This document shows positions 46,501 to 55,927 of a DNA stretch of 64,000 nt, in pieces. The DNA comes from Candidatus Heimdallarchaeota archaeon (GTDB lineage Archaea; Asgardarchaeota; Heimdallarchaeia; Hodarchaeales; Hodarchaeaceae): the NCBI GenBank assembly GCA_020353515.1, contig CP070695.1:839369-903368 (forward strand), given 5' to 3'. The position numbers were made by a program, and so were the translations under genes. Below the pieces are notes generated by a model that did no database searches, was not told where the DNA came from, and worked only from the letters and a program-made list of their open reading frames with translations. Positions within the stretch are counted from its first letter, which is position 1; every line of letters begins with the position of its first letter.

Positions 46501-48185
46501 TAAATGAGAACCTTCAAAACTTGAAAACAAGTCTAGCTGAAACTCAGAACCAAATCAATGAATTTTTAGGGTCTCAAATTCAGACTTTAAATTCAACTCA
46601 AGAAGAAAAATTTCGCAAAGTTCCAGCTCACTTGGAGGAAAATAAGACAGATCTAATCTCCACTTTAGAAGGAGCTCAACAAAAATTTCAAAATTCTATC
46701 ACAACTGCCAATCAGAGCATTAATGACTCAATTAAGGAATTATCTTCTATGATTACATCTGGTACGACTGAGAAACTGCAGGATATTCGAACCCTTCCTA
46801 ATTTTTTAGATAAGACAACAAAGGAATTGCTAGATGATATTGAATTTCAGTACAACAGTTCACAAGAAAGTATTGAGGATGTAAGGGCTTCAAGCTTAGA
46901 TCACCTAAAGAATATAGAACAATTGACTGCAAAACAGAGAATAGAATTTACTGACCAAATCAAAAATATAAACATTGAACTAGAACACGAGTTAAGTGAA
47001 CTGGAATCAATGGTAGCCGAATTAGATAAAAACTTCCCAGATATAAAGACTCAAACAGAAAAAGAAATTCAACAAGCAATAAAATCATTCAGTTCTGATA
47101 TTCGAGATATTTCTACAAAAATTGAAACAGAATTAAGCTCTGGTAAAATACAACTTAGTCAAAAAATGGATCGTCTTTATAAAGAATTTCTCGCATCCGT
47201 CGATTCATTCGCGTCGACAGGTGAAAATTTTGTTAATTCTTTAAATACTCGCCATAATACGTTGTTAAATCAAGTCAACAACTTTTTAGATGACAGTATT
47301 GCAAATAGTATTAATACGATGGAAATTGAGAGAAAAACTGTTATCGATCGCCAGCAAGCACATTTCACAGAAGTTGATCAAAGTGTAACTAGTTTTTCAG
47401 CTAATTTTGGCAAAGTAATCACTAATAGCTTAGAAGGCATCTCGAATGACATACAAGAAAGCGCTTCAGGAATTATTTCTACGATTACTGAACTGGGTGG
47501 GGCATATTACGAACCCATTGATACCATGCTTACAGATTCATATTCATTCTTCGAATCAGAAGGACAGAAGATCATGAATGTTCTTGAACATGAAGTTCTG
47601 AATCTCGTCTCAGAGACTGACAAAAAGGCAACTCAAACACAGGATACTATATCAAGCGATTTAGCTCAATTAATTGGAACTATTCCTGATAAAATAGGAG
47701 CTGGGCTCACAAAAAGTAAAGATCTAATGTCAGCAATCTCAGAGGTACAAAAATTAGCAATGGAAGTTCCAATAACTAGTGTTGAGGATACTTATCTTCA
47801 AACTCAAACTGAAACAAAAGTAATAGCTACATTAGAAGCCATGCTAAGTCGTACAAAGTCTACGATACAAATTATGGTACCGAAGTTATCGATGATTCCG
47901 TGGGATCTTTTAGAACAAGCAGGAACACGACGACGAATACAAATCCTCACTCAGGTTGATTCGCAAGAAGTTGCTAATAAAATATCTCAAGAACTGGGTA
48001 ATGTCCAATTAAAACATTATGAAAATGTTGAGGTATATGCTTTTGCAAGAGATGGCAATGAGGAAGCTGCCATCGGTTCAGGTGATAGCAGTGGTATTCA
48101 ATTGATCATTACAACGGATAGTCGCCTTATTGGAATACTAAAAGAAATAATTCAAGATTTATGGCCGCGAGGTAAATCAATTTAA
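43569..48185 (+). CDS. Giant coiled-coil protein with TrmB-like wHTH N-terminus and TrmB effector/PLD-like C-terminus
   Basis: LGLTSEETRVY...LEKKKFLRVIPGKVPQYIALAP (TrmB wHTH); about 1300 aa of heptad-rich helix; C-terminal MLSRTKSTIQIMVP...IQILT...ARDGNEE. Confidence 0.75.
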   Translation: MIIMSKDLYDQLGLTSEETRVYSIIISNLVRTIDEVVILARDLNPEVIKTALDGLEKKKFLRVIPGKVPQYIALAPAIAVTSEIDRQIENELNQSQEEIMNRWEVGQKELLDMINDFQKGPELFTRTEREIHSHINTYMEQIKTKSMEILQQIKKQISVQNQKNSKSLEELRSDFSSNLEAEVQKNISQLESQLQAIKDAQTEERAQLLEKISKIYSERIDSFNILFSQVKQSVQTHQQQLSNSTENLNSTLTSVNEQTKRNIKNSKATSQEDLDSIEEEVTKRVIDKLTIINQSIESVQSNLIEVSEESLKSIQGMVGIFREKTSQSSASVVEITNKTAENLWQHIQKMLQSFAQTISSLDEVKEKLTSQETINKLNVATSSVKDGLFKGLENLDEVYTGGVTLINTEMTKQLLSFQERMQNDISQLFTQLESSIQEKYAIGIEKITDLPLEISSLLDTNRNMIIQETSELHNKVLGDFKQQIQPTINNLSEYFTEMIRKISDSEKVFIEDSEIDLVDISTAIDELNLKMKETVSNRGKLSEALQYLRNVANEEFSSFGSSANMMLGQMQSTITENVAARTEEISQNFEVINQVTGELNKISNNSQAEISKILEQLETSIDAGNQTISEAFDQDIANLAMDVEEINKAAIKEQEDLIIASNDRLSSLSDRIGKSTLELSRNIPTQLEEYQARHTDDFNNFDRAVKAELNKIKARLTEINSEVTERLGKRVSLGKGGFQDIEKIVTSAMKDFESAQKRTERLIDDQIHNFNASSESFAETINTSLNTQNLEIQRLMDAISEDLSKSVNSSYELALKNISVFSNKIRERFNSRKDDLADHLSLLLSTISASLGESLKGSLVNEFEKMDSTLQQIKQTAQAPQELETILGAEVNNFIGNLQLAFRSASESGAARIAEVINESVTTEIERTYDILKEQFDLSNLKDIITSQLKSTSHKGTNVLSQISDELNEKSNVLLVSINENLQNLKTSLAETQNQINEFLGSQIQTLNSTQEEKFRKVPAHLEENKTDLISTLEGAQQKFQNSITTANQSINDSIKELSSMITSGTTEKLQDIRTLPNFLDKTTKELLDDIEFQYNSSQESIEDVRASSLDHLKNIEQLTAKQRIEFTDQIKNINIELEHELSELESMVAELDKNFPDIKTQTEKEIQQAIKSFSSDIRDISTKIETELSSGKIQLSQKMDRLYKEFLASVDSFASTGENFVNSLNTRHNTLLNQVNNFLDDSIANSINTMEIERKTVIDRQQAHFTEVDQSVTSFSANFGKVITNSLEGISNDIQESASGIISTITELGGAYYEPIDTMLTDSYSFFESEGQKIMNVLEHEVLNLVSETDKKATQTQDTISSDLAQLIGTIPDKIGAGLTKSKDLMSAISEVQKLAMEVPITSVEDTYLQTQTETKVIATLEAMLSRTKSTIQIMVPKLSMIPWDLLEQAGTRRRIQILTQVDSQEVANKISQELGNVQLKHYENVEVYAFARDGNEEAAIGSGDSSGIQLIITTDSRLIGILKEIIQDLWPRGKSI

Positions 48186-48223
48186 CTTTTTTCATCATTA
48201 ATATCTCTTCACAGCGATTTAAA

Positions 48224-49378
48224 ATGTTAGAGATTTCATTGAATGATATCAATAAATTGGGATTGTACAAACAGCATTTATCAGAGGATAAGCGGACTCA
48301 AGATCTTATAGAGGTTGTACAGGAAATAGCTGGACTTCACGCAACCATTCCAAGGACTCCATATTTGAGTTTGTTTGCCAGGATCAATAACTTTACGAAA
48401 GAGCTTCTAGATGAGGAGCTCTATATAAAAAAACGTCTAGGAAAGATCAGATGTGTTCGCAGAACTCTTTATATTTTCCCTCAAGAAATGATCCCAGCTT
48501 TTCATATGGCAACCACCAAAATGGTAGAAAAACTAACCAGAAAATCATTAGAATATCAGGGGATATCATTCAACACATATCAAAATATTTCAGAATCAAT
48601 TCTTAGAATTTTAAAAGAAAAAAACGAAGAAATGACTGCGTCGGAAATTAAAAAAGCTCTAAAAACTAAATTGAATCTCTCAAACATTTTATATCTGATG
48701 TGTGACCAAAGGCTTCTTATACGAGGTAAACCTCGTAAATACTTTCTTTTTTACGCATATTTCCCTAGGATGGATTTTTCATTGAGTGAACATGAAGCAA
48801 TAACTCAACTTGTAAGATACTATCTTCAAACCTTCGGCCCTGTTTCAGAAGAAGATGTAGTCTGGTGGACTGGTTTAGGAAAAACACAGATAAAAAAAGC
48901 AATAAAAGGGATTCAAGATGAAATAGTACAGGTTAGGGTCACTGATTTAGAGAAGAATCTTCTTATGTCAGAATCTAATATTAAAATGTTCACTAAGATT
49001 ACTCTGGAAAAGAAAGTTGTAAATCTTCTACCAACTTTAGATTCGTATATCATGGGTTACAAAGAACGTGAAAGGTATTTTATCCCAAATAATCATTATA
49101 ATCATGTTTTTGATCGTACTGGTAATGCTACATCGATAATTTTAATGGATGGGCAAATAATTGGCGTTTGGGATGTAATAAATAACAAAAAACCCTTAAT
49201 AAAACTTTTCCTCTTTAAAGAAGTTAATGATAATGTAATAGGGAAAATTTACCAAAAAGCAAAGCAAATTGGAACTTTCATCTCTGATAAAGAAGTTACG
49301 ATAAAGGAATGTAATTCTATGATTCCTTTAACTGAGAGAACTGCAGGATCATTTATGTCACCACTTAGAGATAGCTAG
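48224..49378 (+). CDS. AlkZ/YcaQ-family winged-helix DNA glycosylase-like protein
   Basis: GLHAT..PYLSLFARI, RRTLY, YLQTFGP...WWTGL, LLPTLDSYIMGYKER, DGQIIGVW. Confidence 0.85.
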   Translation: MLEISLNDINKLGLYKQHLSEDKRTQDLIEVVQEIAGLHATIPRTPYLSLFARINNFTKELLDEELYIKKRLGKIRCVRRTLYIFPQEMIPAFHMATTKMVEKLTRKSLEYQGISFNTYQNISESILRILKEKNEEMTASEIKKALKTKLNLSNILYLMCDQRLLIRGKPRKYFLFYAYFPRMDFSLSEHEAITQLVRYYLQTFGPVSEEDVVWWTGLGKTQIKKAIKGIQDEIVQVRVTDLEKNLLMSESNIKMFTKITLEKKVVNLLPTLDSYIMGYKERERYFIPNNHYNHVFDRTGNATSIILMDGQIIGVWDVINNKKPLIKLFLFKEVNDNVIGKIYQKAKQIGTFISDKEVTIKECNSMIPLTERTAGSFMSPLRDS

Positions 49379-49477
49379 ATAGAGTTTATGAACTGAAAAC
49401 TTAAGATGCAGATTATCTATATTTTCTGATAAGTTAGATATTCAAGCAGAGAGTTAAGATTCAGGCTGGAAATTACA

Positions 49478-49951
49478 ATGATCCAAATTCGACGCGCTAG
49501 TATAAATGATGTACCTACGTTAGTCCGATTTAGAAGTTTATTATTCAAAGAGATGGGATTATTGAGGGGAGAGCAGGAAGAAAAATCTTTTGAAAGAGCG
49601 TGTGAGCTGTTTTTTACTCAGTTTATTCCCCAGAACGAATTTCTATCTTGGATAGCTGAAGATGATAAGAAAGTAGTAGCTGTAAGTGGTCTTGTATTTT
49701 TTCAAAAACCTCCATCTCCTGGAAATAATTCTGGAAAAGAAGCGTATATCATGAATATGTATACACTTAAAGAATGGCGGAAGAAGGGTATAGCATCAAA
49801 ATTATTAAAAAAAATTACAGCCTTTTTAAACCAGATGAGGATCATTTCTATTAGCCTACACACTACAGAAGTTGGGAGAACTGTATATGAGAAATTTGGT
49901 TTTTCTCTCGTAGATACTGAGATGAAACTCTTAATCGAACAAAACCAATGA
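49478..49951 (+). CDS. GNAT N-acetyltransferase
   Basis: NMYTLKEWRKKGIA, YEKFGF. Confidence 0.9.
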   Translation: MIQIRRASINDVPTLVRFRSLLFKEMGLLRGEQEEKSFERACELFFTQFIPQNEFLSWIAEDDKKVVAVSGLVFFQKPPSPGNNSGKEAYIMNMYTLKEWRKKGIASKLLKKITAFLNQMRIISISLHTTEVGRTVYEKFGFSLVDTEMKLLIEQNQ

Positions 49952-49952
49952 A

Positions 49953-52319
49953 TTAAAAAGCTCCATGTTCGGTTCTTCTAATGATTTCATCCTGGAGTTC
50001 AGGGATTAAGTCAACAAAATAATCACTATACCCAGCAACACGTACGATTAGATCACGATACTTCTCTGGATTTTCCTGGGCCTTTCTTAAGGTATCTGCA
50101 GTTACTACATTAAATTGAATATGATGACTATCTAATCTGAAATGAGCACGGATTAAGTGCATCAATTTATCGATACCCTCGTCAGACGATAGAAGCTGAG
50201 GGGTGAACTTCTGGTTTAAGAGGGTTCCACCTGTCCTTAAATGATCGATTTTTGAAACAGATTTAATAACTCCAGTTGGCCCATTTCTGTCTGCACCTTG
50301 AACGGGTGAAATACCTTCTGATAGGGGTTCTCTATTTCTCTTACCATCGGGCATTGCGCCAGTCATTTGGCCAAAATACACATGGACAGTTGTGGGAAGA
50401 AGATTAATTCTATGAGATCCTCCTTTCATATTAGGTCGTCCATCTACAGCTGCAAAATAGCTCTCGAATACTCTTACAGTAATGGAATCTGCATAGTCAT
50501 CATCATTACCATATTTTGGGGTTTCATTCATGAAACGGTGTCTTAATTCGTCAAAACCCTCAAAATCAGCTTTCAGCGCTTTTAGAAGCTGTTCCATATT
50601 GGTGTGATCATTATCAAATATATTGTATTTTATTGAGGTTAAAGAGTCAGTTATACTTCCTAAACCAACACCTTGTATGTAGGATGTGTTATACCTAGCA
50701 CCTCCTCCGTTGTAATCCTTTCCATTGGGTATACAATCCTCAATTAATAGGGAAAGGAAAGGACACGGCATGTATTTAGAATAGATCCTTTCTATGATAT
50801 TATTCCCTCTGATTTTAACATCAATGAAGTAGTTTAGTTGTTTCTCATAAGCATTATATAACCCATCAAAGCTATTGAAAGCAATAGGATACCCAGTTTT
50901 TATTCCAATTTGTTTTCCAGTTCTGGGATCGATACCATTGTTAAGAGTTATCTCCAAAACTTTTGGCATATTAAAATATCCAGTTAAAATATAGGCTTCT
51001 GTTCCGAAAGCACCAGTCTCCACACATCCACTAGCTCCCCCTTTCCTTGCATCTTTCAATGATTTTCCTTGACGCACCATTTCCTGAATGATAGCTTCAC
51101 AGTTAAAGATTGAGGGTTGGCCATAACCAGTTTTGATAATTTTTATAGCTCGTTTAATTAAGCGATTGGGATTTTTCTTACTTAATTGGACCATGGAACT
51201 GGGTTGTAATAACCTCATTTCTTCGATGATATCTAGTAATAAATAGGATAGTTCGTTTGTTGCATCTGATCCATCTTCCTTAACTCCCCCAATATTAATC
51301 AGGGTGAAATCAGTATAGGTATTGCTCTCTTGAGCTGTCACTCCGACCTTTGGAGGAGCTGGTTGATTATTAAACTTAACCCAGAAAGCTTGAAGCAGCT
51401 CTATTGCTTCCTCTTTAGTTAATGTTCCCTCCTCAAGCTCTTTTTTGTAAAAAGGATATAAGTGTTGATCTAGTCTTCCGGGATTAAATGAATCCCAAGT
51501 GTTTAGCTCAATTGTGACACCAAGATGAACAAACCAATAGTATTGCAACGCCTCCCATAGAGTTCCAGGTGTTTGAGCTGGTACTTTTCGGCAAATTTCA
51601 GACATTTTTATCAATTCTTTTGAACAATTACTATCTGAAACCTCATGAGCCAGTCTTTCTAATGCCTCAGAGTATCGATGAGCATATGTAATCAGGGCAT
51701 CCGCAGCAATATCCATTGCTTTCAATTCTTCTCTTTTATCATAGGCTTCAGGGTCATTATAGAAATCCAAATTTTTGATAGAATGTTTGATGTCTTCTTT
51801 AAGATCTAGGAACCCTTTATTATAAATTATATCGCCTAAAACTGTATGACCAGGAGCTCTTTGCTCTTGAAATTCAGTAAAAACACCCGCTTCATACGCA
51901 TCTTTCCATTCATCGGAAACAGAACTGAAAATTATATCTCTAATAGACCTGCCGTTTTCCCAAAATGGAATGATGGTGTTTTTATAGATATCTCGTGTTT
52001 CAACGCTGACCAGAAAGGAAATTTTTTCCCTTGAGTTTAAAATCTCAAGATCTTTTAAGCTGTGGACACATAATTCTGGATAAGTAGGTGCAGCCTTTGG
52101 TTTTGACCCTTTTTCCCCTACAATCAGCTCCCCATCGTTAATACACAATTTTTTATTCTCTAAAAGATACTTGAAAGCCAAAGCACGCTTCACGGGGATT
52201 GAAACTCGATCAGCAATATCACTTTGATAGAATTGTGTAAGTAATACTGCCCTTTCAGCATCTAACCACGGTTTTGCCTCCAAGCTTTGTTGTCGTAATT
52301 TCTGTATTCGTTCATTCAT
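49953..52319 (-). CDS. hypD: Glycyl radical enzyme, trans-4-hydroxy-L-proline dehydratase
   Basis: FTEFQEQRAPGHTV, ELNTWD, KFNNQPAPPKVG, ESNTYTDF, Cys loop SGCVETG, LPTTVH, Gly loop VRVAGYS; matches HypD as I recall it. Confidence 0.85.
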   Translation of the reverse strand: MNERIQKLRQQSLEAKPWLDAERAVLLTQFYQSDIADRVSIPVKRALAFKYLLENKKLCINDGELIVGEKGSKPKAAPTYPELCVHSLKDLEILNSREKISFLVSVETRDIYKNTIIPFWENGRSIRDIIFSSVSDEWKDAYEAGVFTEFQEQRAPGHTVLGDIIYNKGFLDLKEDIKHSIKNLDFYNDPEAYDKREELKAMDIAADALITYAHRYSEALERLAHEVSDSNCSKELIKMSEICRKVPAQTPGTLWEALQYYWFVHLGVTIELNTWDSFNPGRLDQHLYPFYKKELEEGTLTKEEAIELLQAFWVKFNNQPAPPKVGVTAQESNTYTDFTLINIGGVKEDGSDATNELSYLLLDIIEEMRLLQPSSMVQLSKKNPNRLIKRAIKIIKTGYGQPSIFNCEAIIQEMVRQGKSLKDARKGGASGCVETGAFGTEAYILTGYFNMPKVLEITLNNGIDPRTGKQIGIKTGYPIAFNSFDGLYNAYEKQLNYFIDVKIRGNNIIERIYSKYMPCPFLSLLIEDCIPNGKDYNGGGARYNTSYIQGVGLGSITDSLTSIKYNIFDNDHTNMEQLLKALKADFEGFDELRHRFMNETPKYGNDDDYADSITVRVFESYFAAVDGRPNMKGGSHRINLLPTTVHVYFGQMTGAMPDGKRNREPLSEGISPVQGADRNGPTGVIKSVSKIDHLRTGGTLLNQKFTPQLLSSDEGIDKLMHLIRAHFRLDSHHIQFNVVTADTLRKAQENPEKYRDLIVRVAGYSDYFVDLIPELQDEIIRRTEHGAF

Positions 52320-52322
52320 TGA

Positions 52323-53123
52323 TTATCCTCCAAGCTTGGTTTTAAATCCAAGTTCTCTGAATATGTCCAATAACTGATCCAACCTTTCTGTTGATGGAGG
52401 GTTAAGGTTCAATAATTTATTTTCACGTTTTAATTTTATGTACTTGCTGTACCCAATTTTGTGAAACGGAAGAAGATTAATTTCCTTAATGGTTTCAAGT
52501 TTTGTTATCCATTCTGCTAATTGACTAATATTCTCCTCTGTTTCTGTAATTCCCGTAATAACTGGGAAACGGATTATTATGTACTTTCCCTCTTCATCAA
52601 GTTTCTTTAGATTTGATAGGACTGGTAAAACTGATACACCAGTATATTTCTGATGTTTAGCATCATCAATCATCTTGAGATCGTATAAAAAAAGATCCAC
52701 TTTATCTTTTATTCTCTTGATAATCTCCCAAGAGGCGTACCCGCAAGTATCAAGCGTTGTTGATAGTTCTCGGGTCAGACATGCGATTAACAGGTGATCC
52801 AAAAAATCAGGTTGCATTAATGGCTCCCCACCAGAAAAAGTTACTCCACCACCAGATTGATCATAAAAAATCAGATCTTTCTCTATTTCAGTGATAACCT
52901 CTTCAACACTTACCTCTCGTCCGATGATTTCTTTTTGAGTATTTTGTTCTTCCCAAATTCTTTCAGGTTTTGGATTTTGACCCTCTGGATTGTGACACCA
53001 CCAACAGTTTAAGGGACAACCCTTTAGAAAAACAGTTGTTCGGATACCAGGGCCATCATGAAGTGCATATTTCTTAATATCAAAAATAACTCCTCTACTT
53101 TGCGTTTCCATCACTTCATGCAA
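52323..53123 (-). CDS. Glycyl-radical enzyme activating enzyme (radical SAM)
   Basis: HDGPGIRT, CPLNCWWCHNPE, GVTFSGGEP, LLPFH; lies 3 nt upstream of the GRE gene. Confidence 0.93.
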   Translation of the reverse strand: MHEVMETQSRGVIFDIKKYALHDGPGIRTTVFLKGCPLNCWWCHNPEGQNPKPERIWEEQNTQKEIIGREVSVEEVITEIEKDLIFYDQSGGGVTFSGGEPLMQPDFLDHLLIACLTRELSTTLDTCGYASWEIIKRIKDKVDLFLYDLKMIDDAKHQKYTGVSVLPVLSNLKKLDEEGKYIIIRFPVITGITETEENISQLAEWITKLETIKEINLLPFHKIGYSKYIKLKRENKLLNLNPPSTERLDQLLDIFRELGFKTKLGG

Positions 53124-53245
53124 TTATAAGAGAGTAAGAGCTTGTTTCGGACTTCAATAAAAATTCTGATATAACTTATTCTTTACGAATTCACTTTTTA
53201 ATCAGATCATAATATAAAGTATAATAAGAGTTTGGATGAATATTT

Positions 53246-53683
53246 ATGTCAATATTTTCGACTCCAATTATACACAAAGTATTGATCAAATCAGACCGAA
53301 AAAAAGTCTTTGACAATATGACAACTGCAAAGGGGTTAGATGGATGGTTTACAACTGGAGCTTATGTTGACCGTAGACCAGAAGGGGGAAAGATTATCTT
53401 TAAATGGGTAGATTGGGGACCTGATAAAGTAAATACCCAAGCAATTTGTCCTATAGTCGAAGTAAAGGTTCCTGAACGATTTGTATTTAAATGGTGGGAA
53501 GATCATTATACAACAGTTGAATTTGACTTTACTGAAGCGGAAGAGGGAACTGTAGTGAGTGTTAAGGAATACGGTTACACTGACACCTTAGAAGGGCATC
53601 GTCGTTGTCTTGAATGTGCTGTTGGTTGGGGAGAAGCATTAACTCTCCTAAAATTCTTCTGTGAGTATGGGTTAAGATATTAA
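53246..53683 (+). CDS. SRPBCC/AHSA1-like ligand-binding protein
   Basis: KVFD...GLDGWF, PERFVFKW, GWGEALTLLKFFCE. Confidence 0.85.
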   Translation: MSIFSTPIIHKVLIKSDRKKVFDNMTTAKGLDGWFTTGAYVDRRPEGGKIIFKWVDWGPDKVNTQAICPIVEVKVPERFVFKWWEDHYTTVEFDFTEAEEGTVVSVKEYGYTDTLEGHRRCLECAVGWGEALTLLKFFCEYGLRY

Positions 53684-53736
53684 CATTGATTTGCAAGATC
53701 AGGGAGTAAGAACTTTAGAGAAAATATCAAGACCCA

Positions 53737-53970
53737 TTACCTTTCTTTCATCATTTCATCTATTTGGGTAATATACTTTTGTAAATCATCACTAGGTTGA
53801 GGAGCTATTTCTTGTCTTTTCCTAAATCTTAGCCCAATATTCCAACCAAGGACAGCCATAAGAACGAAAAAGAATATAATAATATTTGTATAAAAAAGAA
53901 ATAGCAATATCACACTAAATATGCCTACAGCTAATATAAACAATATCGGGTGTTCTTGTTTTTTCGACAT
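53737..53970 (-). CDS. Small membrane protein
   Basis: 77 aa, two hydrophobic segments, AGGA upstream. Confidence 0.6.
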   Translation of the reverse strand: MSKKQEHPILFILAVGIFSVILLFLFYTNIIIFFFVLMAVLGWNIGLRFRKRQEIAPQPSDDLQKYITQIDEMMKER

Positions 53971-54100
53971 TTAGTTTTTTTCCTATATAAGAAGAATCAC
54001 TTGGATTAATAATAGTTTTAGATTGAGGATTTTTTTTATTCTCATTATTTATGGTCAAGAAAAGAGCATTATCAGTAGTAAAAAATGTTGAGTTGAATTA

Positions 54101-55153
54101 ATGAAGAAATCTGAAAGCTTTATTTCTATATTTGACCCAGATAGTACTTCTGATGAATTGTGGGAGAAGTATTATCTCTTTTATTTACGAATTTTTAAAG
54201 AAATGTTTCCTGATGACCCCCCACCATCAAAAGAGTGTCTGAAAAAAGAGATGGAAAATCCTCATCCAGATAATAAAGATTATCGTTGGATTCTTTCAGA
54301 GGAGAAGAGTAACAACATCATTGGTTATGGGAGAGTTACAGTTTATAATAAATCATCACCTGCTTACCAAGCGAATAAACACATAGCATTTGGAACTTTA
54401 TTTGTCGATAAATCGCACCGTCGGCTTGGATTTGGTGAAGATTTACTAAAAATTCTAGTGAAGAAAGTAAAAGATGAGAAAAAAACAATATTTCAAGGGG
54501 GAACTCTATTAGAATCTGGGAAAGCATTTTGTGAACAGTTTGGAGGAATAATTGCATTAACAGAAGAAGAAAGCCGATTAAAGTTGGAAGAAGTAGACTG
54601 GGAGATGTTAGATGAATGGATAGACGAGGGAACGCGTCGTGCAGAGGGAGTGACAATTAAAAGGTTTGAAGTTGTTCCAGAGAAAGATCTAGAGGACTAT
54701 TGCTTGATATTTACTGAAACATTAAACCAGGTTCCGAAGGGGGAGCTTGAATGGGAAGCTAATGAGACTCCAGAAATCCGAAGAAGTCGAGAAAAACGGA
54801 ATAAGTTGATAAATCTAACTTGGACCACATTTATTTCTAGAGAAGATGATGGTACAATAAGTGGGTTAACAGAGACATTCTATCAACCAGATCAGGCATC
54901 ACTCCTCTTCCAAGGATTAACAGGTGTTAAAAAACAGTACAGGGGAAGAGGATTAGGAAAATGGTTGAAAGCAGAGATGCTAAAGTATGCTAAGAAAACC
55001 TTTCCAAAGCTGAAGTTTGTTGTCACAGATTTTGCGGTCACCAATGCTCCTATGATTGCTATCAACAAAAGATTAGGCTTTAAAAAACACAAATTCTGGA
55101 AGGAATACAAGTTTAATGTGGATGAATTAACAGATTCCTTGAAACTTCAATGA
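54101..55153 (+). CDS. Tandem GNAT acetyltransferase
   Basis: VDKSHRRLGFG and TGVKKQYRGRGLG; NAPMIAINKRLGF. Confidence 0.88.
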   Translation: MKKSESFISIFDPDSTSDELWEKYYLFYLRIFKEMFPDDPPPSKECLKKEMENPHPDNKDYRWILSEEKSNNIIGYGRVTVYNKSSPAYQANKHIAFGTLFVDKSHRRLGFGEDLLKILVKKVKDEKKTIFQGGTLLESGKAFCEQFGGIIALTEEESRLKLEEVDWEMLDEWIDEGTRRAEGVTIKRFEVVPEKDLEDYCLIFTETLNQVPKGELEWEANETPEIRRSREKRNKLINLTWTTFISREDDGTISGLTETFYQPDQASLLFQGLTGVKKQYRGRGLGKWLKAEMLKYAKKTFPKLKFVVTDFAVTNAPMIAINKRLGFKKHKFWKEYKFNVDELTDSLKLQ

Positions 55154-55836
55154 TTATAGTTGACCTGGATCACCCAAAAGATACTTGATTCATCTACTTC
55201 CTCAACCGTTGAATTTAGCTTCAATTCTGAAGATAATCTAGTAAAATCTTCAGGTGTATATGTTGATGCTATAAAGCCATCCTTGCATACGATAATCCCA
55301 TTTTTGCTCTTTTCCATATCAATCTCCCCTATCAATCCCTCTTCAGATTGTTTAATAAACCAATCAAGTCGTTTTTCCCAAATTTTTTCAGAATAACTTG
55401 AGAAGAGAACCTTTCCTCCAGTTTTGGTTACTCTGATACTCTCTTGGATTAGTTTGTAGGGATCGACTTTAAAGGCTGAAATTCCATTTTGAATGGCGAT
55501 GACAACTTGAAACATTTGATCTTCAAAATCGAGAGAGACTGCATTCATTTTATGCAATTTAATATTTGAAAAATCGGTTAAGTACTCTTGAGCGTACAAA
55601 AGACTCTCCTCTGAAGTGTCAATGCCAGAAACAAATTGTGCTTCCTCTGCTAATCTAGCTAATACTCTTCCATACCCACAACCAAGCTCAAGAACATGAT
55701 CTGTAGACTTGATATTCTCTAGGATAAATTTTATCTCCGCTTCTAAATATTGTTGGATTCGGGGAGGCGCAATTTCATAACATCGTTTCAAACGTAACGC
55801 AGAAAGTTTTGTGGAGTAATATTCCTCTTTACTCAT
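55147..55836 (-). CDS. Class I SAM-dependent methyltransferase
   Basis: VLELGCGYG, GIDTS, RVTKTGG. Confidence 0.9.
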   Translation of the reverse strand: MSKEEYYSTKLSALRLKRCYEIAPPRIQQYLEAEIKFILENIKSTDHVLELGCGYGRVLARLAEEAQFVSGIDTSEESLLYAQEYLTDFSNIKLHKMNAVSLDFEDQMFQVVIAIQNGISAFKVDPYKLIQESIRVTKTGGKVLFSSYSEKIWEKRLDWFIKQSEEGLIGEIDMEKSKNGIIVCKDGFIASTYTPEDFTRLSSELKLNSTVEEVDESSIFWVIQVNYNH

Positions 55837-55927
55837 AATGAGAAATCCTCTATAGAGTAATCTCCAGACCTAAATACACTAGACAGAATGATTGAACGCT
55901 TCTAGATTTAATAAAAACTTCTGAAAA

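Noticed and set aside
43569-48185. SMC/Rad50 or chemoreceptor assignment for the giant coiled-coil protein
   Set aside because: No Walker A/B, ABC signature, CxxC hook or MCP signalling-tip motif.
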